A stretch of 64,000 nucleotides of DNA from positions 42,904,001 through 42,968,000 of the forward strand of contig NC_043012.1 of NCBI RefSeq assembly GCF_006345805.1. Direction: 5' to 3'. Below, piece after piece: positions 23,909 to 35,053 of the stretch (position 1 is the stretch's first letter; each line of letters opens with the position of its first letter). Under the pieces are notes generated by a model. The model ran no database searches. It was not told where the DNA came from and was given only the letters and a program-made list of their open reading frames with translations. Position numbers and translations under genes: made by a program. The DNA is from Octopus sinensis (taxonomy: Eukaryota).

Positions 23909-24319
23909 CAATCTTATTCTGGATCCTTATCAGCATCTTATCATCAAATTTGTGATGATAAAATGAAAGAAGAAATGAATCAATACCTTCCAAAGTCAAA
24001 AGAAAAGTGCAGAGAATTTGAATCCCCTCCTTTGGCTAGTTGTGATTTGGGAAAAGAGTCCAGTTCTGATTGTTACACACCTCAACATAAGAATGATTCT
24101 CCTGTAGTACATAAAATAATTCATATCAAAGAAGAACCCGCTGAATCTACTGGGGATTTTATTGACAATACCTCGGAAGAAATTAAAAAAGAAGAAATGG
24201 TTTTAGATAATGATTTTGATTTTGAAAATCTTAACCCTTTATTAGGATTGCAACGGAAAGATGTCAACAGAACACCAAGTGTAACACCCATAAAAAATCT
24301 ACCCTTTTCACCATCACAG
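23909..24319 (+). CDS. Myb: Myb exon d (137 codons) ending in TPIKNLPFSPSQ
   Basis: Conserved Myb TPxKxLPFSPSQF motif. ttttcag acceptor, gttagt donor, phase 0/0. Confidence 0.95.
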
Positions 24320-27300
24320 GTTAGTGTACATGAATATAACGTGTGTGTGTGTGTGTGTGTGTCTTAGGTTTGTGACAAGTCTTTAGGCTTTTTAGGCTAG
24401 AGCTTATCCCAGTTTTCTTGATGTGTAAGCAAGCAAGAAAACAACACTCTCTCTTGGACAAAACATTAGTCAATTGCAAGGTCAATTCCCTGCCGGAGCT
24501 GGTTCTCATTTTCAACAGTACAGACTGGAACAGTATGAAATGAAGTGCTGTCCAGACTGGGAACTGAAACTATGACCTTATGATTATGTGTTCAATTCCT
24601 TATCCACTAGGCCACATGCCTATACACACACTTACTCTGATAAGAAAGAAACATGGAAATGCTACTATGAGAGGAAGCTGAGTTCAGATAAAGAGCCTTC
24701 TCCATTGAAACTCAACAGAAGTACCAGCCATTCAAGCTGACAGCAGAGTAATAGAGAACATGGTAAAGGATATGAAGGTAGAGAAATAAGGATATGAAGG
24801 TACTTAAAATATCTGGCAATATAGAGTACATGATAGTCACTCAAATAGCAAATCATGTAATGCAGTGTTACAGGACCATTACAAACTGCTACAAGGGCAA
24901 GGGAGGTGCACTAGAGAAAGGTAACAAAGCAACAAGCAGTTTGACCAGGTTATGAAAGTTACAGAGTGTGTTATAGTGACAGGATTAGTCTAGGTGAGGT
25001 GTAGTTTAGCTTTGTCCCAGGAAGAGGGACCTTGTGAGAGAACTGGATGAGAAATACTAAGGAATATGTTCTTGTATCTACTTAGCGTTTGTAGTCCCTT
25101 ACACTATTATTTGGTGTTTTCTCAGAAAACCAAGAATAAATGAATGGCTTGTGAGGATTGTAGGAGCTCTCAGTAAGATGAGAATTAGCAACTATTTATT
25201 GATGAACTTAGTGTACAGATGAGGATACATCAGAGCTCAGTTCTCAGCTTTATTCTATTTATTGTAGTCCTTTAAGCTGTAATAAAGACATTTAAAACCA
25301 GCTCTCTGTAGGAAGTCCTCTATGCTGAAGACTTAGTCTTATAGTAGACTTGGCAGAACTGAAAATGAAATTCCAGGCATGGAAGCAAAATCGAAAATAG
25401 AAAGGCTTTAAAGTAAACTTGGCAAAAACAAAGGTTTTAGTACGTTGTAAAGAGGCCAAGACTCTTATAGTTTCAGGGAAATGGCTGTGCTCTGCCTTCA
25501 GAAAACAAGTTGGTAGAAATTCTGTGCCGAGTGTAATCAATGGATATGCAAAAGTTGTAGTGGGTTTAAAGACAGCCTAACAAAGAAAGTAGATGTTAGA
25601 TGCAACAGGTACACTGGAACAATAAGAGTAATTGGGAAATAGATTCTGCCAACTGCCCAAGTGTCTCCCTTAAAATGTTTGATAAGTTTGCTACCTGGGT
25701 GGATGTTCAGAAAGTGAGGCAGCTAGAATAACAACAGGTTTGAGAAAGTCCAAGGTGCTGTTAATCCTGTTAGCAACAAGGGGTTATCCCTCAGGATCAA
25801 AGGCAGATTGTATGATGATTGTGTGCAAAGTGTACTGCTGCACAAAACAAACATGGACCTTGAGGGTGGAAGGCATATAAAGACTTGAAAGAAATGAGGT
25901 GAGCATACTTTGTAGGAGATGCCATGTTAGTGTGCAGGAAGAACAAAATATAATTGAGTTGAGAGATAAACTGGATGTAATGGGAATCTTTTGTAGTGTG
26001 CAGGAGAGAAGACTGCACTAGTATGGGCATGTGATATGAATGGAGGATGACAGCTGCATAAGCAAGTGCCAAGCACTCAAATGAAGGAAGACTTGAGATG
26101 ATAAAAATGACCTCAAGATGTTATATCTGACAAGGAGATGGCTGAAAATATGTTGATTGGTGATATGCATTACTGTAAAAAAACCCCCAAAAAACCACCC
26201 AGCCTCCTGTGCAGGCTTAGTGCATGATCCACTTCCACATACACCCCATCTCTGCCCACTCGTCTATTCTGTACTTTCTGGGCATGTATCTCCAGCCATA
26301 TCCTGTCCACCATATAGCCTTGCATCCCATTTTACTGCTTGTTTATTCTGTATTCTCTCATCTTTTCTGCTCACTGTACCAAGACACTCAGAAATGGGAG
26401 GTGGGGGTAGACTTGGATTTATACATACTGAATACTTCCACTACCTATATCTTGCTTCCTTTCCTCCTTCCAAATCATTAGGATGATGAGTGTAAAAAGT
26501 ATGTGAGATTGGAATGTAATGTAGGAGAGGTCTCTATTAAATTAAGTTCTACAGAAACCAAACAGATGGTAACTTAAAGAGATTGAATGAGCTAGAAATG
26601 GTAGATTCCACTGTTGAAGAAGTTACCCCTCTTAGGAAGGGACCCTGTAATGAGAGAAGCATAGAAACATTGAAAATGGAAAATAATGCCTAGCACAGGA
26701 GTGAAGTCAAAAGGTAGTAGAATGAATATTGTCAAGACCTGTTCTTGTCATTACTCAACCCCATTGCAATTATAATCATGGGCATTCCAACCATGACCAT
26801 ACCATTATAAGATAGATTTGATTTAAATGGTTAAAGAAATTTTCACATTGGTAGTGAAACAAGTTGAGTTGAGAAACAAAAAGTTTTCAAGAGGTTTTAT
26901 TGCAAAAATCTAGTGTGCAATTGAAAATAGAAGAAAGTTCAGAGTTCATCAAAAGCAATGTTACTTACATTGTGGTTGAGGTGTTATGGGTAGGAAAATT
27001 CTAGAAATTTTTGTATAAATCTTATCACTGTTGAATTAGAATGCTTGATTATAGGTTGAGAAGTGAGAGGGTTTGAAGGCATGCTTTTCTTTGCTGATAG
27101 TCATCATTACATGCATTGAAATGCTGGATGGTGACTTCCTTTGGGTTTTCTGGGAGGTGTTCATCATCTGGTAGCTATAGCTGAATTACTTGGGGGAATT
27201 GGGATTGTGAGGTTTGGTTATGAGGTATTAGAGATGTTATAGGATAGTACTAGTCATCTGCTTTAGCATCTTAATTGGGAAACATATGTTGCCATACTTA

Positions 27301-27460
27301 ATCAACATAGAATTGGTGGATCTTCAACCAGTTAGCTGGTTTCCAGAGGTTTAGGGTGCTGGAGTGGTTGCACATTTACCTGCTTGCTTTTCTTTTCATT
27401 TTCCTGTTAATTTATGTATTTTAAGTTTTTTAATAATATACATTCCATATTCTTTATCAG

Positions 27461-27588
27461 TTCCTGAATAGTCCAGATGCTTTCTTCAACCGGAAAGTGA
27501 TTTCAACTCCTGTTAATTCATTGACCCCTAAATCACGGATTAGCAAGCCAGATACTTTAAGTACGCCCTATTTGAAGTTGAATGAAAT
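27461..27588 (+). CDS. Myb: Myb exon e: FLNSPDAFFNRKVISTPVNSLTPKSRISKPDTLSTPYLKLNE
   Basis: Completes SPSQ|FLN. gtaagt donor, phases 0/2. Confidence 0.95.
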
Positions 27589-27904
27589 GTAAGTAAATAT
27601 TTTCAAACTAACTTGCATTGTATCAGTAAATGCAAATATTTAAAAGGATATGTTTCTTTTCTTGTCTAGGTTTGATGGATTGGTATGTTTGCGAAATATT
27701 TGGGCATTATCATGTACCACTTCATGGAATTGCTTCATGGATTTCTGATTAAATGATTATGAAGCATTTTCCAGGAGTTGTAAATATTTGCTAAACCATA
27801 TTGTCATGCAACTTAGAAGTAATGAAGGATTTTGTCATATATTCAGATCAGTGTTCAGAAGTAACTATATTATGCATAGATGTCTTACCACCACCACCAC
27901 CACC

Positions 27905-28500
27905 ACCATCATTTAGCGTCTGTTTTCTGTGCTAGCATGGGTAAGAAGGTGTGACTGAAGGTGATAAGCCAGAGAGCAGCACCAAGCTGCAGTCTGATTG
28001 ACTTGGTTTCTGTGGTCGGATGCCCTTCCTAACACCATAGAGTGAACTGGGTCTTTTATGTGTTACTGGTATGGGTGCCTTTCATGTGTCATTGTCATGG
28101 TGCTTTCACATGTCACCAGCATGGGTGCCTGTCATGTGCCACAGCACAGGTGCCTTTGATGTGTCACTGGCACTGGCCACAACTAAAATTTCACTTAGAT
28201 TGACATGTCTTCTCAAGCACAGCAAATTGCCAAGTCTCGACTTGTCCTTGTCCCTTTAAGACTCAACATCCAAAGATCATATTTCACCAGCTCATCCTAC
28301 GTCTTTTTGGGTCAACTTCTTCCACAGGTTTCCCCTACAGTTAGAGATTGGCACTTCTTTACGGAGCTGTCCTCATCTATACACATCACATGACCATATC
28401 AGTACAGTCTTCTCTCTTGCATGCTACATCTGAAGCCTCATATACCCAATTTTTCTCTTAAGACAACTATGCTGTATATGCACACTGACATTACCATACT
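27905..28500 (-). mobile_element. Decayed RTE 3' end
   Basis: CATCATTTAGCGTCTGTTTTCTGTGCTAGCATGGG tail plus reverse complement of the ORF end. Confidence 0.75.
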
Positions 28501-29277
28501 AAATTAAATTGATGACTGAAATAATCTTCATCTTAGAAATATGTACTTTATGACTTCATACTAAGCCAGAACATTTGTGAAAGCACGGTACCAGAACGTA
28601 AATGGAAATTAAATCAGTTGAAGCAATGGGTATAGATGATTATAACTAAAACAACAATGTAAATGGCTTTATTAATTTTAATATTCCTTGCCTGAGTGCA
28701 TATTTTTGGTACTGATCATAAGCTCAAATACAAAAAGGTGCAGAATTTAGGAAGCAACTTGTTAGAATATACACGTCTGTAAGGAGACATAAACAAGAAT
28801 AGCAAAAATGTATTATACCAAAAGAACTGGTAATACATACATTACAAGTGTTCTATGAAGAGAACATAAGATTGCTGTGTAATTCAACATGAATGTGAAA
28901 TGACATTAAACATCCTATAAGGTAAACGAAGGTTTCTGTAGGAACGCTAAGTCATGTTCACTTAGAGATGTTTATATGCACAAGGATGAATTATGATGTT
29001 GTCGGTGATGAATTTCATTGTCCTAAGGCGGAGGTAGCGAGAAGTAGCTTCCCGGGGGCAAATGCAAACTAGACTTTTTAAGCAGAGAAAAACTGATCTA
29101 TTTAAGGAAATTGTTGGGCTCCATTGCGATAGGTAGAAACTCTATACAAAATAGAACTTTATGAAACAAAGCAACTTGAAGAAAGTGCATCTATCAATCA
29201 AACACTTGTGTATGATAATTTAAAGTAATCTTCTGAATTTCTTTTGTAAAAATTTAGATCTGAAATGGAAGATTTAA

Positions 29278-29497
29278 CCCTTTAGCATTTCAACCAGCCA
29301 TATCCAGCCCAAATATTCTACCAGTTTCATATTTAGACTGGCCAGATCCAGCCTCACTCACCTACCCTACAATATCATTCTAAAAATCTACATGCATATA
29401 ATTAAAATCTTGAAGCTACAGAATAATGCATGATTAATTCTAAACAGTGTGAATAAATAAGCATTACACTTGACAGAGTAATCTGAATGCTAAAGAG
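29278..29497. mobile_element. TTAA-flanked MITE (piggyBac-type)
   Basis: TTAA-CCCTTTAGCATT ... AATGCTAAAGAG-TTAA. Confidence 0.8.
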
Positions 29498-30110
29498 TTA
29501 AAGCCTATAAACACACTTTTTTTGTTTGTTTACATTCTTTCTATTTCCACATATAAACAGTATGTTTACATGCTTTAATGTTGATTCTTAACATTTTTGA
29601 GCTTAGTTAATGTAAAAATGATTTTCTGCTGTTTGAAAATCTTTTAACTGTTTGTTATGCATATTTTTCTTACTATGTGATTACTCTATTAACTACCTCA
29701 TGTTAATGAAATGTAAGATGGTATAACTAAATTTGTTATAAGCAATCTCTCATGTTTTGTTTTGTTTCCTACATGTATTCTAAGTAACATTTAAACCTGG
29801 GTCTCTTAACAAAGGATACAGTTGTGAAACATAAACTGAAATAAACATGGAGTTCTAAGTACTGGTTATTTGTTGCACAATTTAAGTTTTAAATTGTATT
29901 AGATGAACCAACAACTATACGTTGCAAACTCTCATCTGTCTCAGCAATATTGGAAAGGAATAACATGACAGGTTTCTTTCAGATTCCATTGACCAAATTC
30001 ATTCACTGAGTTTATAGCAGGATACACCTGCCCAAGGTGCTACATGTTGGATTTGAATCTGGAATCATGTAGTCAGGAGGCAAACATCTTACCACATAAC
30101 CATGTCTGTG

Positions 30111-30147
<37 letters not shown>

Positions 30148-30149
<2 letters not shown>

Positions 30150-32035
30150 CAGTTGAGGGAACCTGTGGAAGAGGTAGACCCAGGAAAACCTGGGACGAGG
30201 TGGTGAAGCACGACCTTCGAACTTTAGGTCTCACTAAGGAAATGTCTAGAGACCGAGACCTATGGAAGTATGCTGTGCGTGAGAAGACCCGGCAAGACTA
30301 GTCAGGCCATAACCCGTGGCCCCTACCTGGGACGTAGTCAGTCCTCCTGTGCATACCTTCCTTCTTGTGACACTTATGAAGACCTGTTGAGGCAAGTGAA
30401 AATCAAATCAAAATAGATGAACATCAGTGGAATTGTATTCTTTGTGGTACCAGTGCCGGTGGCACACAAGAAAACCACCCAAACGTGGCCGTAGCCAGTA
30501 CCGCATCGACTGGCCTCCGTGCTGTGGGCACAACAAACACCATCTGATCGTGGCCGTTCGCCAGCCTCATCTGGCACCTGTGTCGGTGGCACATAAAAAC
30601 ACCATCCGAAGACCCGGCGACGTAGTCAGTTCACCTGTGCATACCTTCCCTCTTATGACACTTGTGAAGACCTGTTGAGGCAAGTGTGTGACACTTGTGA
30701 AGACCTGTTGAGGCAGAGGCAAGTGTGTGACACTTTGTGAAGACCTGTTGAGGCAGAGGCAAGTGTGTGACACTTGTGGAGACCTGTTGAGGCAAGTGTG
30801 TGACACGTGTGACACTTGTGTAGACCTGTTGAGGCAAGTGAAAATCAAATCAAATCAAATCAAACCAAATCAAAATAGATGAACATCAATGGAATTTGTA
30901 TCTTTGTGGTACCAGTACCGGTGGCACACAAGAAAACCATCCGAACGTGGCCGTAGCCAGTACCGCATCGACTGGCCTCTGTGATGTGGGCACATAACAA
31001 ACACCATCCGATCGTGGCCGTTCGCCAGCCTCATCTGGCACCTGTGTCGGTGGCACATAAAAACACCAACCGAAGACCCGGCAAGACTAGTCAGGCCATA
31101 ACCCGTGGCCCCTACTTGGGACGTAGTCAGTCCACCTGTGCATACCTTCCTTCCTTCTTGTGACACTTGTGAAGACCTGTGAAGACCTGTTGAGGCAAGT
31201 GAAAATCAAATCAAATCAAATCAAAATAGATGAACATCAATGGAATTTGTATCTTTGTGGTACCAGTGCCGGTGGCACACAAGAAAACCATCCGAACGTG
31301 GCCGTAGCCAGTACCGCATCGACTGGCCTCCGTGCTGTGGGCACGTAACAAACACCATCCGATCGTGGCCGTTCGCCAGCCTCATCTGGCACCTGTGTCG
31401 ATGGCACATAAAAACACCATCCGAAGACCCGGCAAGACTAGTCAGGCCATAACCCGTGGCCCCTACCTGGGACGTAGTCAGTCCACCTGTGCATACCTTC
31501 CTTCTTGTGACACTTGTGAAGACCTGTTGAGGCAAGTGAAAATCAAATCAAAATAGATGAACATCAATGGAATTTGTATCTTTGTGGTACCAGTGCCGGT
31601 GGCACACAAGAAAATCATCCGAACGTGACCGTAGCCAGTACCGCATAGACTGGCCTCCGTGCTTTGGGGACGTAACAAACACCATCCGATCGTGGCCGTC
31701 CGCCAGCCTCATCTGGCACCTGTGTCGGTGGCACATAAAAACACCATCCGAGCGTGGCCGTCTGCCAGCCTCGTCTGGCACCTGTGTCGGTGGCACATAA
31801 AAAACACCATCCGAGCGTGGCCGTTCGCCAGCCTCGTCTGGCACCTGTGTCGGTGGCACATAAAATCACCCACTACACTCTCGGAGTGGTTGGCGTTAGG
31901 AAGGGCATCCAGCTGTAGAAACACTGCCAGATCTGACTGGCCTGGTGCAGCCTTCGGGCTCCCCAGACCCCAGTTGAACCGTCCAACCCATGCTAGCATG
32001 GAAAACGGACGCTAAATGATGATATTGATGATGAT
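30148..32035 (+). mobile_element. RTE 3' end with tandemly amplified 3' UTR
   Basis: ORF end AVEGTCGRGRPRKTWDEVVKHDL...REKTRQD-stop, four copies of the first 3' UTR block, nested ~30-45 bp repeats, (GAT)n tail. Confidence 0.92.
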
Positions 32036-32402
32036 GAAACAGGTATTATAAACATGTGGTGTAAAATTAAGATTTATTTTATTTTATTTTTCCTCCTAAA
32101 TATTTTATCATGGATTTAGCAGGTAACAAAGTGGTTTTCAAATATGATTTTCTTATTCACTGTTTTTTTTACATAATAAATGCATTAAAGAGGAGTAGAA
32201 AAAAAAAACTTCCTAGACATTGGAAAACTTTACAATAACAGCATCTCAAATACCTTAAGATGCTGTTATTTGGGGAATTTATTGTTCTGCATAATTTCAT
32301 ACATTGTGTTAGTGGGAGGTTCAATACAATTGTGGAACTCTTGGTAAATGAACATTTTATGAACCAGATTCAAAGTTTCCTTTTTTTAATTCTTATCTAC
32401 AG

Positions 32403-32529
32403 TGAGTGTAAATCTCTTCAAAAGACTCCAGTAATCTGTAGAGATGTTTTAGATACTAAACCACGTACACCAACACCATTCAAAAATGCCTTGGCAGAAG
32501 TGGAGAAGCGTAATGGGCCAATTAAATCT
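32403..32529 (+). CDS. Myb: Myb exon f: IECKSLQKTPVICRDVLDTKPRTPTPFKNALAEVEKRNGPIKS
   Basis: Hallmark PRTPTPFKNAL motif of the Myb conserved C-terminal (MuvB-binding) region. Phases 2/0. Confidence 0.97.
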
Positions 32530-33321
32530 GTAAGCTTTGCTCTTCATAATTTTTATCCTTATTTTACAACTTTAGTATTTTAAATTTTACTCTGATAATT
32601 ATTTATACTGTTTCATTAACTAATTATTTATATTCATTAACTTATTTGTTAATGAAACACCTTAAATGCCTATGCTGTCAAAGTTCTCAAAATCTGCTGG
32701 ATTTAATCAAAACATTGTCTTAAATCAGAACTTCTGTGGTATTTTTCAAATCCTTTTATTTAGCTTCAGATTTAGTAAATGCAACTCTGAATTCAATGCT
32801 TATTCAAATGCAGCATTTTGTTATTCTCTTCCAAGTATTTTGATAAATTATTCTCTGAGGTCATTTAATTTATCAGCCTTTTGAGGTCAGTAATAAAGAA
32901 GCACTAATTGAGGGTGAGTGATTTGCCATATTATTACCAATAATAGCAGCAGCAGTAGTACTAAAAGAGGTATATGAGGGTAATGAATATATAGGACCAT
33001 TTGGCAGTGTGATAAACTGATTGGGGTGTACAGAAAAGGTGATGTGCCAAAGGGAGAGGCCACTATGAACAATCATGAAGTCACTTCTGAGATAAATGCA
33101 GAGAAAAAGTTTTTGTTACTCTTGTTCTTGTCCTATACTGTAACTCTGTAATTTATATCTTCTGAATAACTCATTCTTATATGGTGATATTTAACTAAAA
33201 TTTATATAACTTCATATTTTATTGATTTTTGCCTGTACTTTGGAGCAGTTTTGAGACAAAACTTATATTTTGTGTTTGTGAAAGTACCTTTTGTTAAATT
33301 GTGTTCCAAGTACTGCTTTAA

Positions 33322-33827
33322 CCCTGTCCTGCCATGTTCCTGGATTCCTGTTAAAGGAGTAATGATCAACATATGTAGAAAAATAAAATAAAATACTAAA
33401 ATTATACAATGATCATGTTGCAGCTTTTTAGTCAAGTGTATTTCTCATCGTTAATGGCATCACTCATAGTTTTTGTGTGTAATTATTAAAAAAGAAAGAA
33501 AAAAGCATGTTTTAGTGATGAAACGAGCATGTGGTGAAATAATTGATGATATTTATTCTTTCGGCAAAGAGTTTGCCCTTACAGAGACAATGAGAATGAT
33601 TTGGACAATCAAACTGGTAGAAGTGATGAAGAAAGTAGCGATTCAGGTGAACGAATAACATAATACTTGAGAGATAGGCCTGTTATTCTCTCTTTTTATT
33701 TTTGTGATTCTGTTCGTTAGTTTTTCTGCCATAATTACTCTTGAGCTTTGCATGCATCTATTTATTTTTTTGTTCAGGAGCCCAGGTGAAGGGTAAAATT
33801 AAACACAGGAGCCTGGGTCTGAGAGGG
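33322..33827 (+). mobile_element. Possible TTAA-flanked piggyBac-like derivative
   Basis: TTAA-CCCTGTC ... GAGAGGG-TTAA with an acidic N-terminus-like remnant. TIR match is only partial. Confidence 0.4.
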
Positions 33828-34403
33828 TTAATATTGATTTCAAATTTTGGCACAAGGCCAGCAGTTTGGGAGTGAATTGGATGGGAGTCTTACATTACTG
33901 GTTCTTATTTTATTGACCCCAAAAGGATAGAAAGCAAAGTTAACCATGGTGGAATTTCAACTGAGAACATTAAATTGGAAGAAATGCCTCTATGCATTTT
34001 GTCCGTTGTGCTAATGATTCTGTCATTTCACTGCCTTTGAGAGGGTTAATATATTAATAAAATGAAACTAAGTATTTAAAATGCATTAATAGTTTAACTC
34101 ATATTTTAGTTAGAAATATAGCAACAGAAGGTTGAAGCACCTAAAAAAAATAACACTTGATACAAAAAGGAAATATTTTCTGTTAGAATTATGCTCTCAA
34201 TGTTTGAGAAAGGGTTTATTTTATATTAAGGGCTTTTCAGGAAATTGTCTTTTTTCACACTAACAGATGATGGCCATATGCATGATAAACCTTGTGAAAC
34301 AGGTTATAAATTGCTAATGTTATTAAATGTCGGCAAACTATAAATAGTTTATAGAGGTCTTCAGTGACTATATTTTTTTCAATAATTTTTTTCTTTTAAT
34401 TAG

Positions 34404-34523
34404 AATGTCGAACATTTGGATGAATTAACAGAAATAATTAAAGAAGACACAGGAATATCTCCAGTTAATCACATTGATGAAAAAGTAACACCTATATTTC
34501 AGAAGCGCAAAAGTAAAATTGAG
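34404..34523 (+). CDS. Myb: Myb exon g: NVEHLDELTEIIKEDTGISPVNHIDEKVTPIFQKRKSKIE
   Basis: HLxExxxxIKxE/D-like helix that follows the PTPFKNAL region in Myb proteins. Canonical splice sites, phase 0/0. Confidence 0.9.
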
Positions 34524-35053
34524 GTATATTTCTACCATCTTAAAGCATTTAAAGTCCATTTCTTATGTCAAGGACAATACAGTTTATATAAAACTTATTT
34601 TGTTGGCTAATATACTAGTCATTGCTATAATTTTCTTTTATTGACCTTTGTGTGTGTGTGTGTGTGTGGGGAGTATTTTGATTTGTTATAAACATCTTTT
34701 CTGCATTGTGTTATTGAGTACAGTTGCTCTAGAAGGAGTCATTGTATTTGTATCCAGCGTGCATATAATTGAATTGAAAATCTAAAGACTTTGTTTTAAT
34801 GCCACGAACCAGATAATTATCGATTTTAAAAGTGGATGAATGATGAAGCAATCTTTTGAGCGATAACACTTAACTATTTGTGACAAATGTGTTGAATTAG
34901 GGAATAAAGAAAATAATGAAAATGAAGCACTAAATACAAATGAACCAGTGTTTGAAAAAGGAACTACACAAAGATTAATCCAGATATTTCATGTTTATAT
35001 TATAAACTAGCTTGCCCTGTGCCATTAAAAATGACGGCTAATTGTAGCATTTT

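Noticed and set aside
30620-31860. Regular 30-45 bp repeats resembling a CRISPR array
   Set aside because: No unique spacers, eukaryotic context, and the repeats are part of the RTE 3' UTR.
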